Assembly: GCA_902764915.1 (NCBI GenBank)
Contig: CACWXY010000067.1
Location: 1-45,066 of the forward strand
Origin: an uncultured Eubacteriales bacterium
Lineage (GTDB): Bacteria; Bacillota; Clostridia; Christensenellales; Aristaeellaceae
Length of the DNA: 45,066 nt
Reading direction: 5' to 3'
Made by a program: the position numbers and the translations under genes
The notes under the pieces: model-generated
The model's database searches: none
What the model saw: only the letters and a program-made list of their open reading frames with translations
Told to the model about the DNA's origin: nothing
In this document: positions 28,181-37,265 of the stretch, in pieces
Layout of the letters: each line of letters starts with the position of its first letter
Position numbering within the stretch: position 1 is the first letter of the stretch

Positions 28181-28618
28181 TCAGTTCTTTTCATTTTTCA
28201 CTTTCCGGATCAGTTCACGGATTTGTTTTTCATCATTCGCTGTTTCCTTCACAGCCAGTCCGATGCCGTTGAAGCCTTTTACGGAGGCGTCACCTTCATT
28301 AGAACAACGCGCATATTCTACGTTTAATACGGTGGACACGGTGTGGATCCCCTTTTCATCCAAAGTCTTCAGCTTGTCGTACAGGTCCAGGAAACGATCA
28401 TCAAACAGAATGAGGCGGGAACTGAATGCCTGATGAATATTCAGCATGCCGCATATTTTCACAACGGTGTCATAGCCCATGGTTCCGATGCCTTTATTCA
28501 GCGCGTTCATGATTGTTGGGTAGGGGATTCCGCTTGCTTCTGAGAATTTGGAGATCGTGCCGTACTGCTGCCGGATTTCTGCTTTTATCAGATTTGTAAT
28601 GGTATCGATGGACGCCAT
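28181..28618 (-). CDS. HTH transcriptional regulator (phage-repressor-like N-terminal HTH; C-terminal domain unknown). Divergent from the SPFH gene.
   Basis: The protein reads MASIDTITNLIKAEIRQQYGTISKFSEASGIPYPTIMNAL.... A perfect RBS, aggagg, lies before the ATG at 28618. A minus-strand terminator hairpin is at ~28035–28062. Confidence 0.6.
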   Translation of the reverse strand: MASIDTITNLIKAEIRQQYGTISKFSEASGIPYPTIMNALNKGIGTMGYDTVVKICGMLNIHQAFSSRLILFDDRFLDLYDKLKTLDEKGIHTVSTVLNVEYARCSNEGDASVKGFNGIGLAVKETANDEKQIRELIRKVKNEKN

Positions 28619-28888
28619 CCTCCTTTCTATTCGTGCATGTTGACATTGTATCACCAAATAATATAATGGAAAACAGTTTGTTGATCACTTATGGTGAGGA
28701 TTGAAGGCCGAGGTGATATGGACGATCCGGTTGTTTGCCATGTACAGACAACTGTAATTTTACGATTCTCGTTGATGAATCCTGAGTATAACATTATAAT
28801 AGTTCCTGACGCAGAGACACATTTCATGATTGTGTCTCGAAGACAGAAAAATACAAATATACAGCCCCATGCAGTATATCTCATTTCC

Positions 28889-30691
28889 ATGGAAACATAC
28901 AGCAATTTCTGCATTTGTCACAATTATGCTGAGGCAAGCAAAGGCTTTTTTGCAAGCAGGCGCATCCGCTGTGCCTGCGGGAATATCATCGATGTCAAAA
29001 CCGATCGAATGGCTACCATGACCTGTCCTTCATGCGGTAATGATGTGGTATATGATCAGGCAAAGGGCCGGGATGCCAAATGCCCGGTCTGTCATGCAAA
29101 CCTGATTTCCGATGCGTCCTTCAGCAACCTGGTTCATTTCCGCTGTGCCACCTGCGGCTGCCAGCTGCATGCCGACAAGGCGGCTGCCACAATCACCTGC
29201 CCGGTGTGCGACGCTGTCAGTGATGTGCAGCAGGAGCTCAAAAAGGCGGAAATGCGCGAGCAGGGGATCCCCGCGGTCATCAGCTATGAAGGGGACAATA
29301 CTGTCTTTGTGTGGAAGCATCCCATGACGGACTTTGTCACAGGCAGCCAGCTGATCGTTCATGAGAGCCAGGAAGCAGTCTTCTTCCGCAATGGAGAAGC
29401 ACTGGATTCGTTTGGCCCCGGCCGTTATACCCTGGAGACAGGGATCCTTCCGAAAATGAATCAGCTGTACCGTATACCGGTCCAGGGACAGCCCTTCCAT
29501 GCGGAGGTCTATTTCGTCAACCTGACCACCCAGATGGGAATCAAATGGGGGACCGCCAGCAAGGTGGGACTCTTTGATCCGGCCACAGGGCTGCATGTGG
29601 AACTGGGCGCCTCCGGCTCCTTTAACCTGCGCGTGACAGATCCCAGAAAACTGCTGATCAAGCTGGTCGGTACGACAGGCAGTCTCACCCAGCGCGATCT
29701 GTACGACAGCGGGAATACAGGGGTCTCCGCGGGCGCGTCCACAGGCGTTCAGAAGGGCTACTTCCGCACCATGATTGCCACCAGGGTCAAGGGAAACCTG
29801 GCCAGGATCATCAAGACGAATCAGTTCAATGTGCTGGAACTGGATGAACATGTGGATAGCATCAGTACGGCGCTGAAGGATGCCATCAATCCGGAACTCG
29901 AGGAATATGGCCTTGAGATGCCGGAGTTCTATGTGGCCAATATTGTCACTCCGGACGATGATCCCAACTTCCGCCGGCTGAAACAGCAGCACGCGGAAAT
30001 GTATCTGAAAGTCCGGGAGGAAGCAATCCGCAAGGCAGAAGCGGAAGCCGCGTTTGAACGCAAGGCTGTGGAAGCCCAGACGGCGGCCCGCATGAAAGTG
30101 ATCGGCGCACAGGGCGAAGCGGATGCGGCCCGTATTACCGGACAGGCACAGGCGGACGTGTACCGTATGCAGGCTGAGGCAGAAGCACAGGAAATGCGCA
30201 TGAAGGGATACACATACCAGCAGGAGACAGCACGTCAGGTGGGCGTCGAGGCCATGCGCAATGGCGGAGGTGCAGGTGTCACCGGTATCGCAGGCGAAGC
30301 GATGCAGCTGGGTGTGGGCCTTGGCGCTGTGGGCGGTGTGATTGGCATGACCCGTGAGGCGATTCAGCCGATGATGCAGTCTGTTGGAGAGATGGCACAG
30401 CCTGCCGGGACGCAGCCTGTCGGGACGCAGCCTGCCGCGGCCCAGCCGGAGAGCTGGAACTGTACGTGCGGCAAGACCGGTATTACCAGCAGATTCTGCC
30501 CGGAGTGCGGCGCGAAGAAACCGGAACCGCCCAAGCCCTGGGACTGCAGCTGCGGGGAGAAGGGCATTACCAGCAAATTCTGCCCCAACTGTGGTGCGAA
30601 ACGACCGGAGACCTGGGACTGCCCAGCCTGCGGTGCAAAGAGACTGAGCGGCAAGTTCTGCCCGGAGTGCGGCGCGAAGAAGCCTGAATAA
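28889..30691 (+). CDS. SPFH/band-7 (YdjI-like, 'virion core protein' type) protein with N-terminal zinc ribbons and three C-terminal zinc-ribbon repeats.
   Basis: - The N-terminus has CxxC pairs: CPSCGNDVV...CPVCHANLI, CATCGCQ...CPVCDAV.
- The central region is an SPFH-like beta/alpha core plus a long Ala/Glu/Gln coiled coil: ISYEGDNTVFVWKHPMTDFVTGSQLIVHESQEAVFFRNGEALDSFGPGRYTLETG....
- The C-terminus has three repeats of W(N/D)CxCG(K/E)xGITS(R/K)FCPxCGAK.
- The start is uncertain: ATG at 28889 or 29009. The ORF-track start at 28691 lies in AT-rich promoter DNA. Confidence 0.7.
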   Translation: METYSNFCICHNYAEASKGFFASRRIRCACGNIIDVKTDRMATMTCPSCGNDVVYDQAKGRDAKCPVCHANLISDASFSNLVHFRCATCGCQLHADKAAATITCPVCDAVSDVQQELKKAEMREQGIPAVISYEGDNTVFVWKHPMTDFVTGSQLIVHESQEAVFFRNGEALDSFGPGRYTLETGILPKMNQLYRIPVQGQPFHAEVYFVNLTTQMGIKWGTASKVGLFDPATGLHVELGASGSFNLRVTDPRKLLIKLVGTTGSLTQRDLYDSGNTGVSAGASTGVQKGYFRTMIATRVKGNLARIIKTNQFNVLELDEHVDSISTALKDAINPELEEYGLEMPEFYVANIVTPDDDPNFRRLKQQHAEMYLKVREEAIRKAEAEAAFERKAVEAQTAARMKVIGAQGEADAARITGQAQADVYRMQAEAEAQEMRMKGYTYQQETARQVGVEAMRNGGGAGVTGIAGEAMQLGVGLGAVGGVIGMTREAIQPMMQSVGEMAQPAGTQPVGTQPAAAQPESWNCTCGKTGITSRFCPECGAKKPEPPKPWDCSCGEKGITSKFCPNCGAKRPETWDCPACGAKRLSGKFCPECGAKKPE

Positions 30692-30866
30692 GAGAAACAG
30701 TGGATGGCTTGCAACGGCGAGAACCACATAGTTCTGAAGAACCAAAACCAGTACTGTGATGGATAAGTCCCGATGCTTTCTGTTTTCAGGATTACCACGC
30801 GAAGCAATATGCAGACGATGTCTTCAGAATAAGTTAGACATAGTATGACTTCAAGGAGAAAATACG

Positions 30867-33452
30867 ATGGCAGCATTGACCTGTAAGATGTGCGGCGGAA
30901 ACCTGGTGCTGACAGCAGACAGCAACGTCTGTGAGTGTGAATTCTGCGGAACCCGGCAAACAGTGCCCAATGCGGACAATGAGAAGAAGACCACACTCTT
31001 TAACGAGGCGAACCGTCTGCGGATGAACGCAGAATTTGATAAGGCGGCAGCAGTGTACGAGAGCATTGTCGCTGAATTCCCGGAGGAGGCTGAGGCCTAC
31101 TGGGGCCTTTGTCTGTGTACTTACGGCATTGAGTATGTGGATGATCCTGCAACGGGAGAAAAGAAACCCACCTGTCATCGGACGATGCCGCTGTCCATTA
31201 TGGAGGACAGCAATTTTGAGCAGGCCTGTGACTGTGCGGATGTTGTCGCCCGGCGGGTCTACCGGGATGAGGCAAAGGCCATTGACCGCATTCAGAAGGA
31301 TATCCTGTCCATCGTGAGTAACGAAGCGCCTTATGACGTATTTATCTGCTACAAGGAGACCAGTGAGGAAGGCAGCCGTACAGAGGACAGTGTGCTGGCA
31401 CAGGACATCTATGATGCTCTGACAGCAAAGGGACTGAAGGTGTTCTTCAGCCGGATTACGCTGGAGGATAAGCTGGGACAGCAGTACGAGCCGTATATCT
31501 ACGCGGCGCTTGCCTCGGCAAAGGTGATGGTCGCGGTGGGTACACAGTATGAGTATTACGATGCCGTGTGGGTGAAGAACGAATGGATGCGGTTCCTGGC
31601 CATGATGAAGAACGACCGGACCAAGACGCTGATTCCCTGCTTCAAGGATCTGGATGCCTATGACATGCCCAAAGAGTTCAAGCAGCTGCAGGCGCAGGAC
31701 ATGGGAAAGCTGGGCTGGCTGCAGGATCTGACGCGGGGCATTCTGAAACTGTGCGGGAAAGAAAACGGCACTGTGGGAAACAGTGCGGAACATGGGCCGC
31801 AGTCAGTGGTGCAGCAAACAGTGATCGGCGGCAATCCCACAGCGGTGGGTCTGCTGCAGAGGGCGAAGCTTTTCCTGGAGGATCAGAAATGGGAAGAAGC
31901 AGATCAGTATGCGGAACGTGTATTGGATATCGAACCAATGAACGCGGAAGCGTATCTGGTAAAGCTGATGGCGGAACTGAATGTCAGCAAGGAAGAAGCA
32001 CTGGCAGAACAGAAAATGCCTTTTGGTCAGTATGACAATTATCAAAAAGCTGTTCGTTTTGCGGATGAGGCGCGGAAGCAGCAGATCAAAGCGTTGAACG
32101 AAAAGGTGGAACAGCGCTACAGAGAAGAAAAAGAAAGGGCAGAAAACGCTCGAAAAACAGCCGTATTGGAAAAAGCAAAGACTGCATTGAAAGCGGCAGA
32201 ATCGCTGGAAGAATGCCAGGCGGTAACAGATATGCTGGGATCCATTGCCGGTTTTGCTGGCGTGACGGATATCATGGCGGGATGCACAGCAAAAGCTGCT
32301 GAAATCGAAGCGGTTAATGCTCGAATTGCAACAATGGAAACCGAATTAAAGGAGCAGCAGGAGAGATATCAGCAGGCATCAGAAAAAGCAATGGTTATTC
32401 ATCGTCAGCTCCAAGATACAGAAAAGGACAGAGACCGAATCGCTGCGTTACTGAAGAATGCCGAAAATGAGCTGAGCAATCTTCGGGGGCTTTTCACAGG
32501 AAAAAAGAGAGCAGAATTGGAGGCGGTAATCGCAACGAAAAGCAAAGAGCTCGCTAATGTTGAGGACCAGCTGGCAAAGGAGCAGTACGCTTACCAAACC
32601 GCACAAAACGGAATTCCTGAACAGCCAAACGAAACAGAAGTGAAATACATTATTGCAAACGAATATATGCAGGCCGGTCTTTATCGGAAAGCCTATAAGC
32701 GGTATAAACAGATTGTGGGATATAAAGACGTTGAAAGTCTGTTGAAAGATGATGATAATCTTGCAGCAGCAGTAGCAGCGGCACAGGAAGCAAAACGTGC
32801 ATCTTATCGCAATGTAGGGGGTTACGCAGTTTTTGGAAGTTATCCTCAAACTGCTGACGGTGTAGACAGCACTCCCATTGAGTGGCTTGTGCTGGACTAT
32901 GATGCGGAAAAGGACTGTGCATTGCTTATCAGTCGATACGGATTGGATGCGCAGCCATACAATAAAGAATGGACAAGCATTACTTGGGAACAGTGCACGC
33001 TGCGGACTTGGCTGAATGATACATTCCTGAACAAGGCATTTACAGCGCAGGAACAAACAGGAATTCTGGTGACCAACGTAGACAACAGCAGCAGTCAGGG
33101 ATACAGCAAGTGGAGTACCAGTGGAGGAAACAATACACAGGACAGGATTTTCCTGTTGAGCTATGCGGAGGCGAACAAGTATCTTGATGTTACGCATGAT
33201 AACAGTAACAACATGAAATCGAGAGTAGCACCGACAAACTATGCGAAAAAGCAGGGAGCCGTGACATGCAGCGACGACAAAACTGCGGATGGTGCAGCTG
33301 CAGGGCAGTGGTGGCTGCGTTCCCCCGGCTACTATCAGAGCCATGCCGCGCTCGTGTTCTGCGTCGGCTCTCTCGTCAACAGCAATGCCAGCGATGAAAA
33401 TGGTTGTGTTCGCCCTGCTTTGTGGATCAATCTGGAATCTGATATCTTCTGA
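30867..33452 (+). CDS. Zinc-ribbon / TIR-domain / coiled-coil / C-type-lectin-fold protein. This is the DGR target (variable) protein.
   Basis: - N-terminus: the zinc ribbon MAALTCKMCGGNLVLTADSNVCECEFCGTRQTV.
- TIR domain at aa ~156–290: YDVFICYKETSEEGSRTEDSVLAQDIYDALTAKGLKVFFSRITLEDKLGQQ...VMVAVGTQYEYYDAVWVKNEWMRFL. It has the DVFISY-like betaA, the G-L-K-VF alphaA/betaB and the W-x-x-x-E region.
- Coiled coil at aa 380–600.
- The C-terminal ~220 aa have a DUF1566/FGE-like C-type-lectin fold ending ...GQWWLRSPGYYQSHAALVFCVGSLVNSNASDENGCVRPALWINL. The VR is here.
- The RBS is aaggag. Confidence 0.8.
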   Translation: MAALTCKMCGGNLVLTADSNVCECEFCGTRQTVPNADNEKKTTLFNEANRLRMNAEFDKAAAVYESIVAEFPEEAEAYWGLCLCTYGIEYVDDPATGEKKPTCHRTMPLSIMEDSNFEQACDCADVVARRVYRDEAKAIDRIQKDILSIVSNEAPYDVFICYKETSEEGSRTEDSVLAQDIYDALTAKGLKVFFSRITLEDKLGQQYEPYIYAALASAKVMVAVGTQYEYYDAVWVKNEWMRFLAMMKNDRTKTLIPCFKDLDAYDMPKEFKQLQAQDMGKLGWLQDLTRGILKLCGKENGTVGNSAEHGPQSVVQQTVIGGNPTAVGLLQRAKLFLEDQKWEEADQYAERVLDIEPMNAEAYLVKLMAELNVSKEEALAEQKMPFGQYDNYQKAVRFADEARKQQIKALNEKVEQRYREEKERAENARKTAVLEKAKTALKAAESLEECQAVTDMLGSIAGFAGVTDIMAGCTAKAAEIEAVNARIATMETELKEQQERYQQASEKAMVIHRQLQDTEKDRDRIAALLKNAENELSNLRGLFTGKKRAELEAVIATKSKELANVEDQLAKEQYAYQTAQNGIPEQPNETEVKYIIANEYMQAGLYRKAYKRYKQIVGYKDVESLLKDDDNLAAAVAAAQEAKRASYRNVGGYAVFGSYPQTADGVDSTPIEWLVLDYDAEKDCALLISRYGLDAQPYNKEWTSITWEQCTLRTWLNDTFLNKAFTAQEQTGILVTNVDNSSSQGYSKWSTSGGNNTQDRIFLLSYAEANKYLDVTHDNSNNMKSRVAPTNYAKKQGAVTCSDDKTADGAAAGQWWLRSPGYYQSHAALVFCVGSLVNSNASDENGCVRPALWINLESDIF
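33308..33417 (+). other. DGR variable repeat (VR) at the 3' end of the target gene.
   Basis: The 110 bp are collinear with the TR at 36464–36573. Most mismatches sit where the TR has A (AAC/AAT codons). Confidence 0.6.
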
Positions 33453-33493
33453 TCTTTAATCTTTTGCGGGCAGTATACGGAAGAATGGGTAAA

Positions 33494-33630
33494 GCTGCAT
33501 GTGACTATGCAATTATGCGCCAATGAAAAGACGCTGCCCTGGATCAGGTGATGCAGATTACCTGCGTATATTATAAAAGCCATATATCTTGCTAGTTTTG
33601 CAGGATGTATGGCTTTTATGTTCTTATTCA
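33494..33630. repeat. ~140-bp direct repeat, copy A (~90% identical to 39664–39803). It contains a rho-independent terminator hairpin at ~33577–33622.
   Basis: The repeat reads gctgcatgtgactatgcaattatgcgccaatgaaaagacgctgccctggatcaggtgatgcagattacctgcgtatat...aaagccatatatcttgctagttttgcaggatgtatggcttttatgttcttattca. Confidence 0.7.
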
Positions 33631-34212
33631 CAATATAAGGAATGGATGCTTATGAAGACGGATGGCACACGATCCGTCCACGAATGCTTTGCATGAAGAG
33701 ATATCTATTAAATCACCATGTAAAGCAAGAAAATAGCTACGAGATCCCCATCTGATGTATGAGATTATTCATAAAATCAACAACAGAGGCGCGCAATTAT
33801 CCATAAAATCATCAATCAGACAGGAATAATATATAATGAACGAAAAGACAAAAGAGAACATCAAATAAATATCTACAAAGCATATACTATATGCATAATA
33901 AACGAATAAAATATTAACATAATAGCTATAATCTACTGCAATATCAAAGAAATATATAAAAATACCATGTCAAATGGTATCGACAGGTCTATTGCATCAG
34001 CAGTCCTGCCCATACAGTGTGGCCTATGGCTGACAATGGGACTTCCATAGAACATAAAGGATTACAGAATATGATAATAGCGCCTATATAGATACAAAAT
34101 ATCAATAAAATATATTAAAAATAGTAAATCATAATGATAGAAATATTGATATTTTCACATATTTCGCATACAATCTCAGCATGTGGTATTGCAACAGACA
34201 GGAGGCCACAAG

Positions 34213-34500
34213 ATGCAATTAATGGGACTCACAGTTGTGTTTACTGGGAAAATGCAGCGCTTGACCCGGGCACAGTGCAGAGAACTTGTGCTTTTGGCCG
34301 GCGGCATTGTTCAAAGCAATGTCAGCAGATATACAGATATCCTGGTTGTCGGCGCTTTTCGAAAAAGTCAACCGTGTGGTATCAGCTACAAACTGGAGCG
34401 AGCACTCTTCCTGTCTCGATCAGGATATCACATAAGAATAATACACGAGGATGAGTTTTATGAGATGCTGGGGATCCAACACTGGACCAACTGGTTGTGA
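34213..34500 (+). CDS. Stand-alone BRCT-domain protein (~95 aa).
   Basis: The protein reads MQLMGLTVVFTGKMQRLTRAQCRELVLLAGGIVQSNVSRYTDILVVG.... It resembles the LigA C-terminal BRCT (GxxxVxTG...R.E......GG.V..SVS.KTD.LV.G). The RBS is ggagg. It lies in a 30%-GC insert. Confidence 0.55.
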   Translation: MQLMGLTVVFTGKMQRLTRAQCRELVLLAGGIVQSNVSRYTDILVVGAFRKSQPCGISYKLERALFLSRSGYHIRIIHEDEFYEMLGIQHWTNWL

Positions 34501-34694
34501 AATCTTGATGCACAACAGCATGGTATGTCTTCCGTGCAGCCCTGTTGTGCAATTAGGCTGTCCGCCATTTATGGCACATGCAAAAAATACATTCACGACT
34601 CCAGGTGCACAAAAATCAGCTAGGAGAGGATGTGCATATAGAGTAAACCCTAGATGCGCACATCCAGTTAGTCCTGGAGAGGAGAAGATCGACG

Positions 34695-35276
34695 ATGGCA
34701 CGAATCGCATACATCAGAGTAAGCACAGAAGAACAAAACACCGCCCGTCAGGATTCCATGATGGATAAGCAGAATATCGATAAGACATTCACTGAAAAGA
34801 TCAGCGGTAAGAATACGGCACGGCCAGAGCTGCAGAGGATGCTGGAGTATATTCGAGAAGGTGACGTAGTCATCGTGGAAAGTTACAGCCGGTTAGCCAG
34901 GAGCACCAAGGATCTTCTCACACTTGTTGAGCAGATTCACGGTAAAGGTGCTGATTTCGTGTCTCTCAAAGAGAACGTAGATACCTCCACACCACAGGGA
35001 AAGCTTATGATGACAATCTTCGCTGGCCTTGCCCAGTTTGAGCGTGAACAATTGCTGCAGAGACAAAAAGAAGGCATCGCTGAAGCTAAAAAGCGCGGTG
35101 CCTATAAAGGTCGAAAACCCATCGTAATTGATGAAGATAGATGGAAGGAAGAAACATCTGCGTGGCGGGCAGGGAAACAATCCGCAGTGGTTACCATGCA
35201 GCATCTTGGGCTGAAACCACGCACATTCTACAATCGGGTGAAGGCGGAAGAATGTGACAGCGGTGGAAAAGAATGA
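34695..35276 (+). CDS. Small serine recombinase (resolvase/invertase family).
   Basis: The protein begins MARIAYIRVSTEEQNTARQ with a catalytic Ser at position 10. It has the ...GDVVIVESYSRLARSTKDL...KLMMTIFAGLAQFERE... core and a C-terminal HTH. The RBS is ggagaggag. Confidence 0.85.
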   Translation: MARIAYIRVSTEEQNTARQDSMMDKQNIDKTFTEKISGKNTARPELQRMLEYIREGDVVIVESYSRLARSTKDLLTLVEQIHGKGADFVSLKENVDTSTPQGKLMMTIFAGLAQFEREQLLQRQKEGIAEAKKRGAYKGRKPIVIDEDRWKEETSAWRAGKQSAVVTMQHLGLKPRTFYNRVKAEECDSGGKE

Positions 35277-35531
35277 GGGCACAAACTACTTTCATAGCGA
35301 TACAAGCATAATAGGAAGAAACGCATACACGGTAACCAATGTTTTGAATCCAAACGCTGCTCCATCGGTTATTATTGCGTCATCCGAAAATGAAGCGCTG
35401 GAGATTTATGCTGCGCTATATCATGAGATAACGATGCAAGTCGTAACTACTGAATTGCATTCCTTTCTTCGCGCTCAATTCTATCCTTTATGGTGTGTGG
35501 CGGATCTTAATTACGTGGATCCTAATTGATT

Positions 35532-35951
35532 CTATGCGGAACGCATGACCTCTTCATTCTCTGCAGATGGATCGAGCGCCTTTTCGATGTCGATGTAGTA
35601 ATAGCGGTCGATCTCCTTGCCCTTGTCCGTTTTCGTATGGACGGGCTTGTCGCTGTACAGAGCGTTGAAGATGGACGTCAGCCGCTGCTGGCCGTCAAGA
35701 ATAAGCTCACTGGGCACAGTCCCTTCAGGAACAACGGCGCCTTCGATGGGCTTGTACTTGAACTGAATCTCAGGGTTTCCATAGGTCAGGAACATTGCCG
35801 CGCCGACCGGGAAATTGTGGATGATGCTGGCAATCAGGGCCTTGATGCGGTTATCGTCCCATACCCAGCCGCGCTGAAAGTCCGGGAGCTGTGCTGCGCC
35901 TGACTGAACTGCCTTCATCAGATCCGTAATGGTTCTGTCGTTTGTTCTCAT
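35532..35951 (-). pseudogene. Truncated N-terminal DUF262 (ParB/Srx-like, GmrSD-type) fragment. The C-terminal nuclease half is absent.
   Basis: The translation has LPDFQRGWVWDDNRIKALIASIIHNFPVG...LDGQQRLTS, the DUF262 hallmark (DGQQR). Full-length members are ~550–600 aa. This fragment stops after 139 aa. Confidence 0.6.
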
Positions 35952-36056
35952 TGTCTAATTCTCGCTTTAGATGTACAATAATCACTCTCTTTAATCCTCT
36001 TTAATCCTCTTACTTTTTTAGCCAATTTAAGAGATTAAGAAGATTCATGCAATTAC

Positions 36057-36290
36057 GTGATGACCATCACACAGAAATCTCCAAAACAGTTCCGCTTCTC
36101 ATTGATTGGCCGCATGCAGGGCTATGTGATGGACATCGTGGAAGAACTGTATTATGCCAACGACATCTATGTCACACCCGCGAGCCGCTCGGGCTGGGCG
36201 CAGCGCCAGGCGCACCAGCGGAAAGCGATGGCGCCCCTGAAACTTCTCTCCTGGGTGGCGCAGGTCAGTATGGAACAGGGAGCGATTTAG
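36057..36290 (+). CDS. Small basic ORF immediately upstream of the TR. Weak candidate for the DGR accessory variability determinant (Avd).
   Basis: The only basis is position, upstream of the TR in a DGR. It is 77 aa, shorter than typical Avd (~110–130 aa), with no recognisable four-helix signature by eye. Confidence 0.2.
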   Translation: MMTITQKSPKQFRFSLIGRMQGYVMDIVEELYYANDIYVTPASRSGWAQRQAHQRKAMAPLKLLSWVAQVSMEQGAI

Positions 36291-36463
36291 CCGAAACAGT
36301 TTCAGCAGATCAGTGAGCAGTGCTGGAATACGCAGAATCTGCTTGGCGCGTGGATCATCAGCGATCAGAAGCGACTGAGCGGCGGAAAACAGAAGCAGGA
36401 ATCATCAGATCAGGGATCAGCACCCGAATAGGGTGTTCATCTGGGTACGGTATTGTACGGGTG

Positions 36464-36573
36464 GTGGTGGCTGCGTTCCCCCGGCACCAATCAGGACAAT
36501 GCCGCGAACGTCAACAATGACGGCTCTCTCAACAACAACAATGTCAACAATGACAGCGGTTGTGTCCGCCCCG
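36464..36573 (+). other. DGR template repeat (TR).
   Basis: Within this region, tggtggctgcgttcccccggcaccaatcaggacaatgccgcgaacgtcaacaatgacggctctctcaacaacaacaatgtcaacaatgacagcggttgtgtccgcccc is collinear with the VR. It is rich in AAC/AAT where the VR varies. A GC-rich structured spacer with a GNRA-looped hairpin (ctgcccgtGCGAacggcag) follows at 36590–36820. Confidence 0.65.
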
Positions 36574-36821
36574 TTTCCCCTTGCTTGCCAGCAGTCTGCC
36601 CGTGCGAACGGCAGCCAGTGCCCTGGGGAGAAGGAATACCGCTCCCTTTCGCAGGGAATTCCTCCGCAAGCGCTGCGGAGCCCTCGGAAAAACATGCCGA
36701 CGGAGGCCCGGACGGCGGGTGAAACAGACCGCCTTTCGCAATGCCTTTGGGACGCAGGGTTTGGCTTTATTCCTCTCGCCCTGCGTCCCCCGAGCGGCGA
36801 CTTTAAAACAGGAGGTTCATC

Positions 36822-37259
36822 ATGCTGAACATATGGTTTGGCGATATGCCGGATGTCATCTACGACACATCCACCTACTTCAGGCATTCTTACCGGGATC
36901 AATGGATCACCGACCCGCTGTCCGTGGAAATGATTCGTGATGTGGACCAGTCTGAAGTGGTCGATGCCAATCTGATTCAGAGCCCGGTCTTCGGTGCGAT
37001 TTCCCCTGTCCAACTGTCCGGTGGTGTCAAGACACTGATCCTGATCAGCAAGGTCAGGGATCAGGTCTTCAACGCGTCCAAATGCGGAGACAATTGCGCG
37101 AAGTGGCTGCTGAGGATCGCTGCAGACAGGAAAGTCGTTGTCAATCTCCGCCACCTTATGGACTTTGGGAATGAAGAGTTCAAAATCATGGTGATGAACA
37201 AAAAGAAGATTGCGCACAATATGCGGGAGCTCGTCCTGCTCGCGGGCGAGTATGTGTGA
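36822..37259 (+). CDS. Hypothetical 145-aa protein, first gene of the TR-downstream operon. It contains an LSGG-like motif (QLSGGVKTLILISK).
   Basis: The RBS is a strong aggagg. It lies 7 nt upstream of the ATPase gene. I recognise no family by eye. Confidence 0.5.
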   Translation: MLNIWFGDMPDVIYDTSTYFRHSYRDQWITDPLSVEMIRDVDQSEVVDANLIQSPVFGAISPVQLSGGVKTLILISKVRDQVFNASKCGDNCAKWLLRIAADRKVVVNLRHLMDFGNEEFKIMVMNKKKIAHNMRELVLLAGEYV

Positions 37260-37265
37260 GGCGTC

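Noticed and set aside
28691-28888. Long N-terminal extension of the SPFH ORF (ORF-track start at 28691)
   Set aside because: The extension lies in 30%-GC promoter-like DNA shared with the divergent HTH gene. It has no RBS and its composition is implausible. The start is more likely the ATG at 28889 or 29009.
36057-36290. Confident Avd call
   Set aside because: Only position supports it. It is 77 aa, with no clear four-helix-bundle pattern. I kept it as a low-confidence feature only.
36453-36722. ORF encoding MYGWWWLRSPGTNQDNAANVNN... as a gene
   Set aside because: This is the DGR template repeat plus spacer read in the VR frame. It has no RBS, an alternative start codon and extreme Asn content. 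It is a TR, not a CDS.
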